55,613 nucleotides of DNA from assembly GCF_004010195.1 (NCBI RefSeq), contig NC_057720.1, positions 9,436,466 to 9,492,078 on the forward strand, written 5' to 3'. This document shows positions 36,664 through 48,678 of the stretch, in pieces. The first letter of the stretch is position 1. Every line of letters starts with the position of its first letter. The position numbers and the translations under genes are program-made. Source of the stretch: Chiloscyllium plagiosum (Eukaryota). The notes below the pieces were generated by a model that saw only the letters and a program-made list of their open reading frames with translations, was not told the DNA's origin and made no database searches.

Positions 36664-37719
36664 CGTTATGAAAGTATAGGGGGTACAGTACCTGTCAGAG
36701 AGTTGAAAGCTTGCAGATCTACCTGACAGCACCAAGTGTTCTGAACAAGATACAATGTAACCTTTTGGTCCAGCAGCTTGTGTAGCTGGTTGCCTAGAGA
36801 CAAAAACAAATTCAAATTAGGCCAATCAGTTTAAATTATAAGGAGTGGCACCGTGCCTCGGTGGTTAACACTGCTGCTTCACAACACCAGAGACCCAGGT
36901 TCGATTCCAGCCTTGGGCGACTGTTTGTGTGGAGTTAGCACATTCTCCCCGTGTCTGCATGGGTTTCCTCCGGGTGTTCCGGTTTCCTCCCACAGTCACC
37001 AAAGATGTGCAGGTCAGGTGGATTGGCCATGCTAAATTGCCCATAGCGTTAGGTGCATTAGTCAGAGAGGGACGGTTTGCTCTTCGGAGGATCAGTGTGG
37101 ACTTGTTGGGCCAAAGGGCCTGTTTCCACACTGTAGGGAATCTTATCTATGCCTCAAATAAACCAAACTCCAAGCAAGTTTGAATTGAGTATATTGCCAA
37201 GATTAAAAACCAATGGCACAATCTGATGCTTTGGGGGTATAAGATCAGGAAAATGTGAACAGTTGAGGGAGAATTGCCAAAAGACCAACAGATGTAGGCT
37301 GATGGTCAGAACTCTCTGAGAGGCACCTGTCTAGAGAAAGAGTTTGTATAGAGAAAAACATCGACACCAACCTGGAGAGCAAGTCCACAGAGGAAGATAC
37401 AAAGAGAAAATTCGACAGCTGGCTGCTTTTGAAATTTGAATGTTTTGGCACAATCTTAATCAAGGGTTTTATCAGACTAGAATTGTAGAAAGGAAAGTGA
37501 AAGATAGGATCGGGAAAGGAGTTGTTGATAGTCGATGGTTAATATTTTGCGTGAGACTTAAAGAATAAATTTCTTACTTTTTTTACTTCAAATAGTGACT
37601 TTTGTGAATAGTTCTTGACATCTTGAATTTTCACAGATTACTGCATGGGATAAATCTTTTCTGTGTTGCTGGTTTAAATTAGCCGGAGGAGGCCGGGGGG
37701 CTTACCCCGTGTCATACCA
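36664..37719 (+). repeat. 5' LTR (contains an HE1-like SINE at about 36843-37150)
   Basis: 'cgttatga...ccccgtgtcatacca' is colinear with 45823-46584 after removing the SINE. Confidence 0.9.
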
Positions 37720-37731
37720 GTTTGTGGGCTA

Positions 37732-40074
37732 AGAGTTATAGAGATGTACAGCATGGAAACAGACCCTTTAGTCCAATCAGTCCAGACATCCCAACCCAAT
37801 CTAGTCCCACCTGCCATCACCCGGCCCATATCCTTCCAAACCCTTCCTATTCATATACCCATCGAAATGCCCCTTAAATGTTGCAATTGTACCAGCCTCC
37901 ACCACTTCCTCTGGCAGCTCATTCCATACACGTACCACACGTGAAAAAGTTGCCCCTCAGGTCTCTTTTATATCTTTCCCCTCTCACCCTAAACCTATAC
38001 CCTCTAGTTCTGGACTCCCCGACACCAGGAAAAGGACTTTGTCTATTTATCCTATCCATGCTCCTCATAATTTTGTATACCTCCATATGGTCACCCCTCA
38101 GCCTCTGACGCTCCAGGGAAAACAGTCCCAGCCTGTTCAGCCTCTCCTTATAGCTCAAATCCTCCAACCATCCTTGTAAATCTTTTCTGAACCCTTTCAA
38201 GTTTTACAACATCTTTCCGATAGGAAGGAGACCAGAATTGCATGCAATATTCCAACAGTGGCCTAACCAATGTCCTGTACAGCTGCAACATGACCTCCCA
38301 ACTCCTGTACTCAATACGCTGACCAATAAAGGAAAGCATGCCAAACACCTTCTTCACTATCCTATATACCTGCGACTCCACTTTCAAGGAGCTATGAACT
38401 TGTACTCCAAGGTCTCTTTGTTCAGCAACACTCCCTAGCACCTTACCATTAAGTGTATAAGCCCTGCTAAGATTTGATTTCCCAAAATGCAGCACCTCGC
38501 ATTTCTCTGAATTAAACTCCATCTGCCACTTCTCAGCCCATTGGCCAATCTGGGTCAAGATCCTGTTGTAATCTGAGATAACCCTCTTCGCTGTCCACTA
38601 CACCTTCAATTTTGATGTCATCTGCAAACTTACTAACTGTACCTCTTATGCTCGCATCCAAATCATGTATATAAATGACAAAAAGCAGAGGACCAATCAC
38701 CAATCCTTGTGGCACTCTACTGGTCACAGGCCTCCAGTCTGAAAAACAACCCTCCACCACTACCCTCTGTCTTCTACCTTTGAGCCAGTTCTGTATCCAA
38801 GTGGCTAGTTCTCCCTGTATTCCGTGAGATCTAACCTTGCTAATCAGTCTTCCATGGGGAACCTTGTTGAATGCCTTACTGAAGTCCATATAGATCACAT
38901 CTACCACTCTGCCCTCATCAATCCTCTTTGTTACTTCTTCAAAAAAGTCAATCAAGTTTGTAAGACATGGTTTCCCATGCACAAAGCCATGTTGACTATC
39001 CCTAATCAGTCCATGTCTTTCCAAATACACATACATCCTGTCCCTCAGGATTCCTCCAACAACTTGCCCACCACTGAGGTCAGGCTCACTGGTCTATAGT
39101 TCCCTGGTTTGGTCCTTACCACCCTTCTTAAATAGTGGCACAACATTAGCCAACCTCCAGTCTTCCGGCACCTCACCTGTGACTATCGATGATACAAATA
39201 CCTCAGCAAGAGGCCCAGCAATCACTTCTCTAGATTCCCACAGAGTTCTAGGGTACACCTGATCAGGTCCTGGGGATTTATCCACTTTTTTGCGTTTCAA
39301 GACATCCAGCACTTCCTCCTCTGTATTATGGACATTTTGCAAGATGTCACCATCTATTTCCCTACAGTCTATATCTTCCATATCCTTTTCCACAGTAAAT
39401 ACTAATACAAAATACTTATTTAGTATCTCCCCCATTTTCTGTGGCTCCACACAAAGGCCGCCTTACTGATCTTTGAGGGGCCCTATTCTCTCCCTAGTTA
39501 CCCTTTTGTCCTTAANNNNNNNNNNNNNNNNNNNNNNNNNNNNNNNNNNNNNNNNNNNNNNNNNNNNNNNNNNNNNNNNNNNNNNNNNNNNNNNNNNNNN
39601 NNNNNNNNNNNNNNNNNNNNNNNNNNNNNNNNNNNNNNNNNNNNNNNNNNNNNNNNNNNNNNNNNNNNNNNNNNNNNNNNNNNNNNNNNNNNNNNNNNNN
39701 NNNNNNNNNNNNNNNNNNNNNNNNNNNNNNNNNNNNNNNNNNNNNNNNNNNNNNNNNNNNNNNNNNNNNNNNNNNNNNNNNNNNNNNNNNNNNNNNNNNN
39801 NNNNNNNNNNNNNNNNNNNNNNNNNNNNNNNNNNNNNNNNNNNNNNNNNNNNNNNNNNNNNNNNNNNNNNNNNNNNNNNNNNNNNNNNNNNNNNNNNNNN
39901 NNNNNNNNNNNNNNNNNNNNNNNNNNNNNNNNNNNNCTATTAGGGGGTCTATAATACAATCCCAATAAGGTGATCATCTCTTTCTTATTTCTCAGTTCCA
40001 CCCAAATAACTTCCCTGGATGTATTTCTGGGAATATCCTCTCAGCACAGCTGTAATGCTATCCCTGATCAAAAA
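37732..40074 (-). mobile_element. 5'-truncated CR1/HER1-like LINE (endonuclease part to 3' UTR; includes gap 39516-39936)
   Basis: 'GLYYRPPN', 'KSPGPD', 'QHGF...CLTNL', 'YMDFSKAF', 'PQG..IGP.LF', 'KFADD'. Confidence 0.95.
39516..39936. other. Assembly gap (421 N)
   Basis: Run of N. Confidence 1.
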
Positions 40075-40245
40075 TATCCAGGATTTGAACTGGTTTAGAC
40101 AGATTTGAACAGATTTGGGGATACGAGAAATCCCAGCAGATTTAAACACGTACAAGTTAATATCCTAGATCATTAAATAAAATGTAAGGGAGGCAATTTG
40201 TTTAATTTCGGTGATTTGTGGTTAATGAAATTAAAAGTGAGAGAA

Positions 40246-41990
40246 ATGGCTCTTAAAATTGCTAAAAGGATTCTGGAATTTGAAGATGATTCTCAAATTT
40301 ACCAAGGAAGTGTAGAAGGAAAGAAAAAGTCCATACATTTAGGATTAGCAAAGAAATTAAATTTGGGTTTAACCGAGGACAGAAATAAAGCTGAAATTGT
40401 AAGGGAATTACTCAAACACTTTAAGTGTGTCAGAGAAACAGAAAAGTGCAGTAGAGGGAGAAAAACTTAGCTTACAATTGAGGAAAATGGAGTTAGAAGA
40501 TAAACAAGGAGAGAGAGAAATAGAGGGAGAGAGAAAGAGAAGGAGAGAGAGAAGAGAGAGAGAGAGGTAAAAGAGAGAGACAAGGCCCTTAGCTGAGCAA
40601 AGAGAGAGCGAAAATTTGACTTTGAGAAGTTGCGACTTAATCAGCAAAATAAAGTTAACAGGATGGAGATTAAAAGCGAAGATATTGATGTATATAAAAA
40701 TATCAAAACTCTGGCACACTTTGATGAGAAAGATGGTGAAGCCTTCTTTATTTAATTTGAAAAATTGGTTAGGCAGATGGAGTTAGAGATATACAGCACA
40801 GTAATAGACCCTTCGGTCCAACCCGTCCACGCCGACCAGATATCCCAACCCAATCTAGTCCCACCTGCCAGCACCCGGCCCATATCCCTCCAAACCCTTC
40901 CTATTCATATACCCATCCAAATGCCTCTTAAATGTTGCCATTGTACCAGCCTCCACCACATCCTCTTGCAGCTCATTCCATTCACATACCACTGTCTGCG
41001 TGAAAAAGTTGCCCCTTAGGTCTCTTTTATATCTTTCCCCTCTCACCCTAAACCTATTCCCCCTAGTTCTGGACTCCCTGACCCCAGGGAAAAGACTTTG
41101 TCCATTTATCCTATCCATGCCCCTCATAATTTTGTAAACCTCTAAAAGGTTACCCCTCAGCCTCCGACGCTCCAGGGAAAACAGCCCCAGCCTGTTCAGT
41201 TGTCTGAGGATTTATGGGTAATGCTAGTTCAGACTAAACTGGTAGGCAGAGGTAGTGAGATATTTGCTGTGCTGTCAGATGAGAGTTCAAGGGATTATGA
41301 AGAAGTTAAACAGGCTATTTTAAGTGCTTATAATTTGGTGCCAGAAGCATAGAGACAGCAGTTCAGAAACATAAAGAAGGAACCAGGTCAGACTGAAGAT
41401 GAGCTCGAAAGAATTAAGCATAAGCATTTTGATAGATGGATGTGTGTTTTAAAAATAGATAGGACCTTTGAGGCTCTACGAGAGATTATTCTGCTGGAGG
41501 AGTTTAAAAACTCACTTCCAGATGTGGTAAGAATTCATGTGGAGGAATAGAAAGTTCAGGAAATGAGAAGGGCAGCAGAATTAGCAGATAAATCCATGTT
41601 GGTGCATAAAACAAGCTTCCAGCCAGAATTTCATCCTGTGAGGGATAAGGAGTTGGGAAAAGGTGAGATCCTGCACTATGAAATCAAGAGTAGAGAGCTT
41701 GGTTGAGATTTTACCACAGGATAAAGAAGCCCAAGAGAGTGGACAAGAGGTGAAAGGTCTGAGCTGTTTCCACTGTAATGGAGTGGGACACAGACAATTA
41801 CAGTGCCAGTGCTTTCAGAAGGGCACTGCGAAAAGGTGTTTTCACTGCCAGGAGGTGGGACACGTAAAGTCACAGTGCTGGTCATTAAAGAAAGGCACTC
41901 TGGGAAAAGACGTGGTGAAAGAAGCTAAGCCAGTGACATTAGTGAAAGTAGTAAAGGAGACCCGAGAAAAGGTGAGGATCTGCAGGAGAG
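40246..41990 (+). pseudogene. gag: Gypsy gag remnant: coiled coil, SCAN-like capsid region, two CCHC zinc knuckles
   Basis: 'DYEEVKQAILSAYNLVPEA*RQQFR...FDRW...LREIILLEEFKNSLPDVVRIHVEE', 'CFHCNGVGHRQLQC', 'CFHCQEVGHVKSQC'. Interrupted by CR1 at about 40783-41198. Confidence 0.85.
40783..41198 (-). mobile_element. CR1 3' end inserted in gag
   Basis: ORF 40855..41127 CR1 C-terminus and 3' UTR. The gag frame resumes afterwards. Confidence 0.9.
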
Positions 41991-42015
41991 TGCACAGCCA
42001 AGGCAGGGACTGGGT

Positions 42016-45000
42016 ATGGAGTCAGTACCTGATCTCTACAAAGAATTCATCTCTGTGGGTAAAGTTTACTCAGAAAGAACAGGGGGAGAAGGACAAGAAG
42101 TTATAATTTTGAGAGATACAGGATCTGATCAGTCTCTAATAGTAAGAGATAAATGTATTTGCACTCTTTCGGACCTGTTACCCAAGAGTGTGGTAATTTG
42201 TGGGATAGATGGACAGAAATTTAGCATTCCCCTATGTAAGATCAGGTTAAGGTTCCAACTTAAAACTGGGGAAGTTACAGTGGGAGTGATTGACAGAGTG
42301 TCAGTTCCAGGAGTTCAGTTTGTTCTTGGGAATTATTTGGCGGGATCCAAGGTGGGAGTGACACCCCTTGTTGTGGAGAAGCCCAAGGAAGACCAAGAAA
42401 CTGAGGAGTTAAAACAGAAATATCCTGGTATTTTCCCAGACCATGTAGTAACCAGATCCCACTGACATAAGTCACAGCACAAAGCAAAAAGTAAAGAGAA
42501 AGATGAAGGAGTTGAGGTTCAATTAGCGGAAAGCCTGTTTGACATAATGGCGCAAGAAAAAACTGAACAGGCAGAGGGTCAGACAGAAGTGTTTAGTCCC
42601 GAAAGGCTGAGGGACTTGCAACAGCAAGACAAGATGATAAAAGATGTAAGTGTGGATGCTTACTCCAACAAGGAGGCAGGGAATATTCTGGAGGGTTATT
42701 ATCTTAAAGATAGAATCTTAAGATGGAAATGGAGACCACTGCAGGTTAGTGCAGAGGAGAAATTGGCCGAAGTGCATCAGATTGTGTTGCCAGTAGCATA
42801 CAGACAGGAGAGGTTATGGGTAGCACATGTCGGAGGTCACCTTTGGGTTTGAAAGTAGTAAAAACAATGACTGCAGATGCTGGAAACCAGATTCTGGATT
42901 AGTGGTGCTGGAAGAGCACAGCAGTTCAGGCAGCATCCAAGGAGCTTAAGCTGTGCCCTTCCAGCACCACTAATCCAGAATAAGGGTATGAAAGACCCAA
43001 AAGGTACAAAACATTTTTATTGGCCAAGAATGCACAAGGATGTGGTTAACTTTTACCGTACATGCCAAGTGGTAGGTAAGCCATAGGTGGTAATAAAACC
43101 AGCACCTTTGTTGCCGATTCTTGCATTTGAAGAGCCTTTCACATGGGTTATAATTAATTGTGTAGGTCCCCTTCCAAGAACTAAAAGTGGGACCCATTAC
43201 TTGTTAACCATAACGGATGTGTCTACCTGGAAGCTATTCCATTATGAAGTATTAAGGCAAAAATAGTGATAGAGGAGTTAGAGGAGGTGGTAGAGAGATT
43301 CAGTCGGACCAAGGATCAAATTTTACTGTGAGGCTGTTTAAGGAGGTTATGGATAGATTATGATTTGGAGATATGGACTGTGGTGGACAAAGTTAAAAAT
43401 CACACAACACCAGATTATAGTCCAACAGGTTTAATTGGAAGCGCTAGCTTCCGGAGCACTGCTCCTTCATCAGGTGGTTGGCACGACCACCTGATGAAAG
43501 ACACTCCAAAAGCTAGTGCTTCCAATTAAACCTGTTGGACTATAATCTGGTGTTGTGTGATTTTTAACTATGGATAGTTTAGGTATACAGCACTTTCAAT
43601 CCAGTGCGTATCATCCTGAATCCCATGGAGCTTTAGAAAGGTGACATCAGCTCTTGAAGACCACGTTGAGAGTATACTGTCAGGATTACCTGAATGATTG
43701 GGATAAAGATATCCCATTTGTATTGTTTACCATTAGAGATTTCCCAAATGAATCCACTTAGTACACTCCTTTAGAGTTAATATTCGGGCATGAAGCAAGA
43801 GGCCCTTTGAAATTAATTAAAGAAAAACTGACAGGACCAAAGTCAGAGATCTCACACTTAGATTATGTATCGGAGGTGAGGAAGAGATTAAATAGAGTAG
43901 GTGAGTTAGCTAAACAGCACCTAAAGAGGGCACAGTATAGTATGAAGCACGTAGAAGATAAAAGCTCTGAGACTCAGACGTTTTCCCGAGGGGTGACGTG
44001 CTAGTATTGTTACCAGTGATAGGAGATCCGCTCAAAGCCAGGTTTAGTGGTCCCTATCAAATTGAGAAAACGTTGAGTCAGGTGAACTATCTTGTAAAAA
44101 TGCCAGATAGAAAAGAAAAGGTAATGGGTATGTCATGTGAACACGTTGAAACTGTATTATACTAGAGAGAAAGAATTGGAGAAACAGGTGTTAGAAGATG
44201 TGGATTTCAATGTACCTCAAAATAGATTAAGAAATGAAGAAGATCTTGAGCAGTGGGATAGGTTGGCAAGCTATCTGTCTCATGAGCATAGCATGTAGTT
44301 AAAAGGTTTGTTACTGCAGTGTAAGGACGTATGTAAGAATCAGTTGGGGGTGACTAACGCTCTTGTACATGAAGTAGATGTAGGGAATACTGCAGCGATA
44401 AAACAACTCCCCTGTCAGCTGAATCCTTTCAAAGCCAGACAGGTCCAGATGGAGGTGGAGACAATGCTTGACGAGGACATCATCAAACCACCAAGGAGAG
44501 CAAGTGGAGATCGCTGATTGTTTTTATTCCCAAACTGGGCAGGGCTCAATGATTCTGAATGGATTATCAGAAGGTTAACGCCGTTACAAAATCAAACTCA
44601 TATCCAATTCCGAGATTGGAGGACTGTATCGAGAAAGTCAAACAAGCCAGTTACACCATCAACTTGGACTTAAAGCGTGGTTACTGGCAGACACCTATAT
44701 CAGAGACGATGAAAGAAATTTCTGTGTTTGTAACCCCAAATGGGCTACATCAGTTTAAAGTGATGCCCTTTGGAATGAAGAACGCACCCAACTCATAAAC
44801 AGAGTTGTGGCTGGGTTAACAAACTGTGCATCTACTTGGATGATGTAACAATTTTTAGTAAGTCCTGGAAAGATCACATGGTACAGTTGACAGAGCTCTT
44901 TGAACGACTATGAGAAGCAAAACTGGTGATAACCTTAAATAAAACTGAATTCGCGAAAGCTGAGGTGACGTTCTTGGGACATAACATCAGTCATGCAAAG

Positions 45001-45615
45001 ACGAAGGCCATCAAGGAATTTCCACAACCAACCTCGTAGAAAGAACTGCTTCAATTCTTAGGACTCAGTGGATTCCATTGGAAGTTTGTTCCATACTTCA
45101 GCAGCATAGTAGCACTGTTAACTGATTTGCTGAAGAAGAACACAAAGTTTCGGTTAACAGAACTATGCCAGGGGGCATTCAAACATTTGAAAGCGATATT
45201 AACCACCAAACCAGTTCTCGCTACACCAAACTTTTCAAAACCTTTTAAAGTTGCCATCGATGCTAGTGACATAGGAGTTGGAGCTATATTCCTACAGGAC
45301 GATGAGGATGGGATTGAACCGCCAGTTGGTTACTTTTCAAAGAAGATAAACATCCGCTAGAGGAAATACTCCATCATCGAAAAAGAACTATTGAGTTTGA
45401 TACTGGCCTTACAGCATTTTAATGTGTAGAACATGAGCAATGTGTCAGAGACAGTTGTGTACATGGAACACAATCCTCTTACACTCTTAGAATGCTTTAA
45501 AGACAAGAATATGGGACTATTTCGATGAAGTCTTATATTACAGATTTTTAATTTAAAAGTCATCCATGGTGCGGGTCATAAGAATGTAATTACAGATGCA
45601 TTATCACGGATTTAA
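42016..45615 (+). pseudogene. pol: Gypsy pol remnant: protease, integrase, reverse transcriptase, RNase H (in that order)
   Basis: PR 'LRDTGSDQSL' near 42110. IN 'HVGGHL', 'FYWPRM', 'QSDQGSNF' (43301), 'AYHPESHGALER' (about 43605-43641), 'FSGPY' (about 44045). RT 'YPIPRLEDC', 'MPFGMKNAP', 'YLDD' (44833). RH 'DASDIGVGA', 'IEKEL', 'DALSRI*' (45615). Confidence 0.9.
43361..43568. mobile_element. Fold-back PLE-derived element (family B) inserted in the integrase
   Basis: Inverted arms. Target duplication tatggatagatta (43348-43360) / tatggatagttta (43569-43581). Confidence 0.9.
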
Positions 45616-45650
45616 CTGATAAAGTTTAAATGAGATTTGTATTTATTTAA

Positions 45651-45654
<4 letters not shown>

Positions 45655-45684
<30 letters not shown>
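45655..45684. repeat. (TA)n microsatellite
   Basis: Directly visible. Confidence 0.95.
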
Positions 45685-45687
<3 letters not shown>

Positions 45688-45811
45688 CCATACAGGTATA
45701 TGGTAAGAAGTTAAAGTGAACTTATATTAATGTTATCTGTATGTTAGGGTAATGTGTTTAAAGAATAGGAAAAAAAGCCATCTTTTCATGATGATGGTTC
45801 ATTTTTTTCTT

Positions 45812-45822
45812 AAGGGGAGAGG
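45812..45822 (+). promoter_or_regulatory. Polypurine tract
   Basis: 'aaggggagagg' immediately before the 3' LTR TG. Confidence 0.85.
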
Positions 45823-46584
45823 TGTTATGAAGATGTGGGTGCACTGTACCTTTCAGAGCATTAAACATTAGCAGAACTAATTGATACTGCACTAAGTGTC
45901 CAAATAAGATACAATATAACCTTTTGGTCTAGCAGCTAGTGTAGCTGGTTGCCTGGAGACAAAAACAAATTTGAATTAGGCCAATCAATTTAAATTATAC
46001 CCCCCAAAAAAAACCAAACTCCAATCAAGTTTGAATTGCGTATATTGACAATATTAAAAAACAATGGTACAATCCGATGCTTTGGGGGTATAAGACCAAG
46101 AAAACGTGAACAGTTGAGGGAGAATTGCCAAAAGGCCAACAGATATAAGCTGCTGGTCAGAACTCTCTGAGAGGTACCTGTCTAGAGAAGGAGTTTGTAT
46201 AGAGAAAAAACATCGACATCGACCTGGAGAGCAAGTCTACAGAGGAAGATGCAAAGAGAAGATTTGACAGCTGGCTGCTTTTGAAATTTGAAATTTTCGC
46301 TCAATCTCAATCAGAGATTTTAACAGACTATTGTAGAAGGGAAAGTGAAAGATAGGTTAAGGGAAGGAGTTGCAAATAGTTATGGCATCATAGAGTCTTA
46401 GAGATGTACAGCAGTTGTTGGTAAATATTTTATGTTAGACTTAAAGAATAAAGTTCTTAATTTGTTTTTACTTTTAATAGTGACTTTTGGGAATAGTTCT
46501 TGGCCTCTCAAATTTTCACAGATTACTGCCACGGGACAAATATTTTCTTAAATTAACAAAGAGAGTTTACCCCGTGTTGTAACA
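45823..46584 (+). repeat. 3' LTR
   Basis: 'tgttatga...gttgtaaca' with inverted TGTTA/TAACA termini. Confidence 0.92.
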
Positions 46585-47149
46585 GGAGATCGAGCCCAAT
46601 GCAGGAAGAGTGAGCCCAACACAATGGTGAGGGAGGTCCCTGATATCTGCGGTAGCAGTGAGATCAGGCAGCCCAAGGTCTCCTGGAGAGCAGGTCAAAC
46701 CAGAGGAGATCGAGCCCTTGTAGAGACTGCAAGCCCAGCTTGGCTAAACCTTTAAAGACTGTTGAACTTCTAACTTTACCTCTTTATTTTTCTACTTTGT
46801 ACCTAAGATTTTGTACCTCAGTACCTTTATACCGAAGATGGTGCCACAGAATGGTGACAATTTACACTTTGTACTTGAGTACATGTGACAATAAAATATA
46901 ATTCTAACTTCATCCCTGGCTATGTTTGTATCCAGCTGCTATGTTTGTATCAAGGCTGTTGGAGAGATGTGCAGATAGCAAGGGCAGGTATACATTAGTT
47001 CCCCAGCCAACTCCATTTTAATTTAGCCTACTTTTTGATTTTTTTTGTGTTATCATGACACTGTTCCTGAAGGCAATATTTGTTAAATGTTAATTGTTAA
47101 TTAGTTTTTTTTTATAAATTAGTGGAGGAAATTCACCAACGATCCTCAG

Positions 47150-47457
47150 ACAGTCCAAACTCATGACCACTTCCATCTAGAAGGACAAAGGCAGCAGATT
47201 CATGGGAGCACCATCCCCTGCAAGTTCCCTTCCAAGCCAATCATCATTCTAGTTTGAAAATACATTGCCGTTCCCTCAGTGTCACTGGGTCAAAATTCTG
47301 CAATTCCCTCTTCAACAGCCATTGTGGATCCACCTATAGCACATAGACTACAACGGTTCAAGAAAGCATTCATCTCTATATTCTGAATGGCAACGAGGGA
47401 TGGGCGGTAAATACTGGGCCCGGCCAGCGATGCCCTTGTGTCATGAATGAAAAATAA
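47150..47457 (+). mobile_element. LINE 3' end of the 3985-4495 family
   Basis: Shared 'ccatctagaaggacaaaggcagcag...caagttccc...ccaagcca' sequence. Confidence 0.7.
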
Positions 47458-47469
47458 ACTTCCTATCTT

Positions 47470-48317
47470 TAGATTAGATTAGATTAGATTCCCCACAGTG
47501 TGGAAACAGGCCCTTTGGCCCAACCAGTCCACACTGACCCTCCGAAGATTAACATACCCAGACCCATTTCCCTCTGACTAATGGGCAATTTAGCATGGCC
47601 AATTCACCTGGCCTGCACATCTTTGTGACTGTGGGAGGAAACTGGAGCACCAGGAGGAAACCCACGCAGACACGGGGAGAATGTAGTTTTGTTATCAAGT
47701 AGCAAGTTCGGCAATGCGGTAATGCACTGCTGATGAACATCTGCGCTCTATGGGGAGTTGTGGACACTTCGCATTGCCAGAGTTTTAGAAACTGAGTAAA
47801 TTGTAGCTCTCAATTTCATGACTATTTGGGAATGAATATGCCACAGTGATGTGCATCTCCATGATACCAATGGGAAGAAAGTGCAACTCCACACAGACAG
47901 TCACTCGAGGCTGGAATCGAACCTGGGTCTCTGGCACTGTGAGGCAGCACAAGAAAGAAATTCAATTAAGTGAACCTTAAAGATTTGACATGAAGGCATA
48001 ATTTATCTGGACTTCAAGGGCGTCACATTGGCACAGTGGTTCGCACTGCTTCCTCACAGTGCCAGAGACCTGCGTTCAATTCCTGCCTCAAGCAAATGTC
48101 TGTGTGGAGTTTACGCATTCTCCCCGTGTCTGCGTGGGTTTCCTCCCACAGTCCAAAAATGTGCAGGTTAGGTGAATTGGCCATGCTAAATTGCCCATAG
48201 CATTAGGTGAAGGGGTAAATGTGGGGGAATGGGTCTGGGTGGGTCCCTCTTTGGAGGGTCGGTGTGGACTTGTTGGGCCGAAGGGCCTGTTTTCACACTG
48301 TAAGTAATCTAATCTAA
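47470..48317. mobile_element. HE1-like SINEs (- 47470-47949 split by about 200 bp; + 48019-48317)
   Basis: Head, core and (TTAGA)n tails. Confidence 0.85.
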
Positions 48318-48477
48318 TAATCAATCTCTGTCAACCAGTGGTCTTTTAAAGATTTTTCTGAACGCCTTTATTATCTTGAGAGGTTTTTTTTAACTCTCAT
48401 CTCTTTTGTGATAAACTTCTGATCTGTTCTTAAAGAAATTCTGCAGCATTGCGAGTCTGTGTTTTAGTGGTAGCAAT

Positions 48478-48678
48478 AATGTGGAATGCTGGTGTTGGGC
48501 TGGGCTGGACAAATCAGAAGTTACACAATGCCAGGTTATAGTCCAAAAGGTTTATTTGAAGTTACGAGCTTTCGGAAGTCTCAAGCGACTTCACCTGATG
48601 ATGGGGCTGCGCTCTGAAAGCTTGTGATTTCAAATAAACCTGTTAGACTATAATCTGCTGTCATGTGACTTCTGACTA
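48478..48678. mobile_element. Fold-back PLE-derived element (family C)
   Basis: Inverted arms. Core 'tcacCTGATGAtggggctgcgctctGAAAgcttgtga'. Confidence 0.75.

Larger units (their letters stand above)
37723..40084 (+). promoter_or_regulatory. tRNA-Pro primer-binding site split by a CR1 insertion (halves 37723-37730 and 40075-40084)
   Basis: 'tgtgggct' + 'tatccaggat' reconstitutes TGGGGGCT-CGTCCGGGAT. The differences in the second half are all at CpG positions. Confidence 0.75.
36664..46584 (+). mobile_element. Full-length decayed Gypsy LTR retrotransposon, Gmr1-like (PR-IN-RT-RH)
   Basis: Homologous LTRs at both ends, flanks agag/ggag (4-bp TSD, one mismatch), PBS, polypurine tract, and gag/pol remnants with many stops and frameshifts. 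Confidence 0.92.

Noticed and set aside
40505..40580. GA-rich simple repeat
   Set aside because: It lies in gag and corresponds to the Glu/Arg-rich coiled-coil region, so it is not an independent feature.
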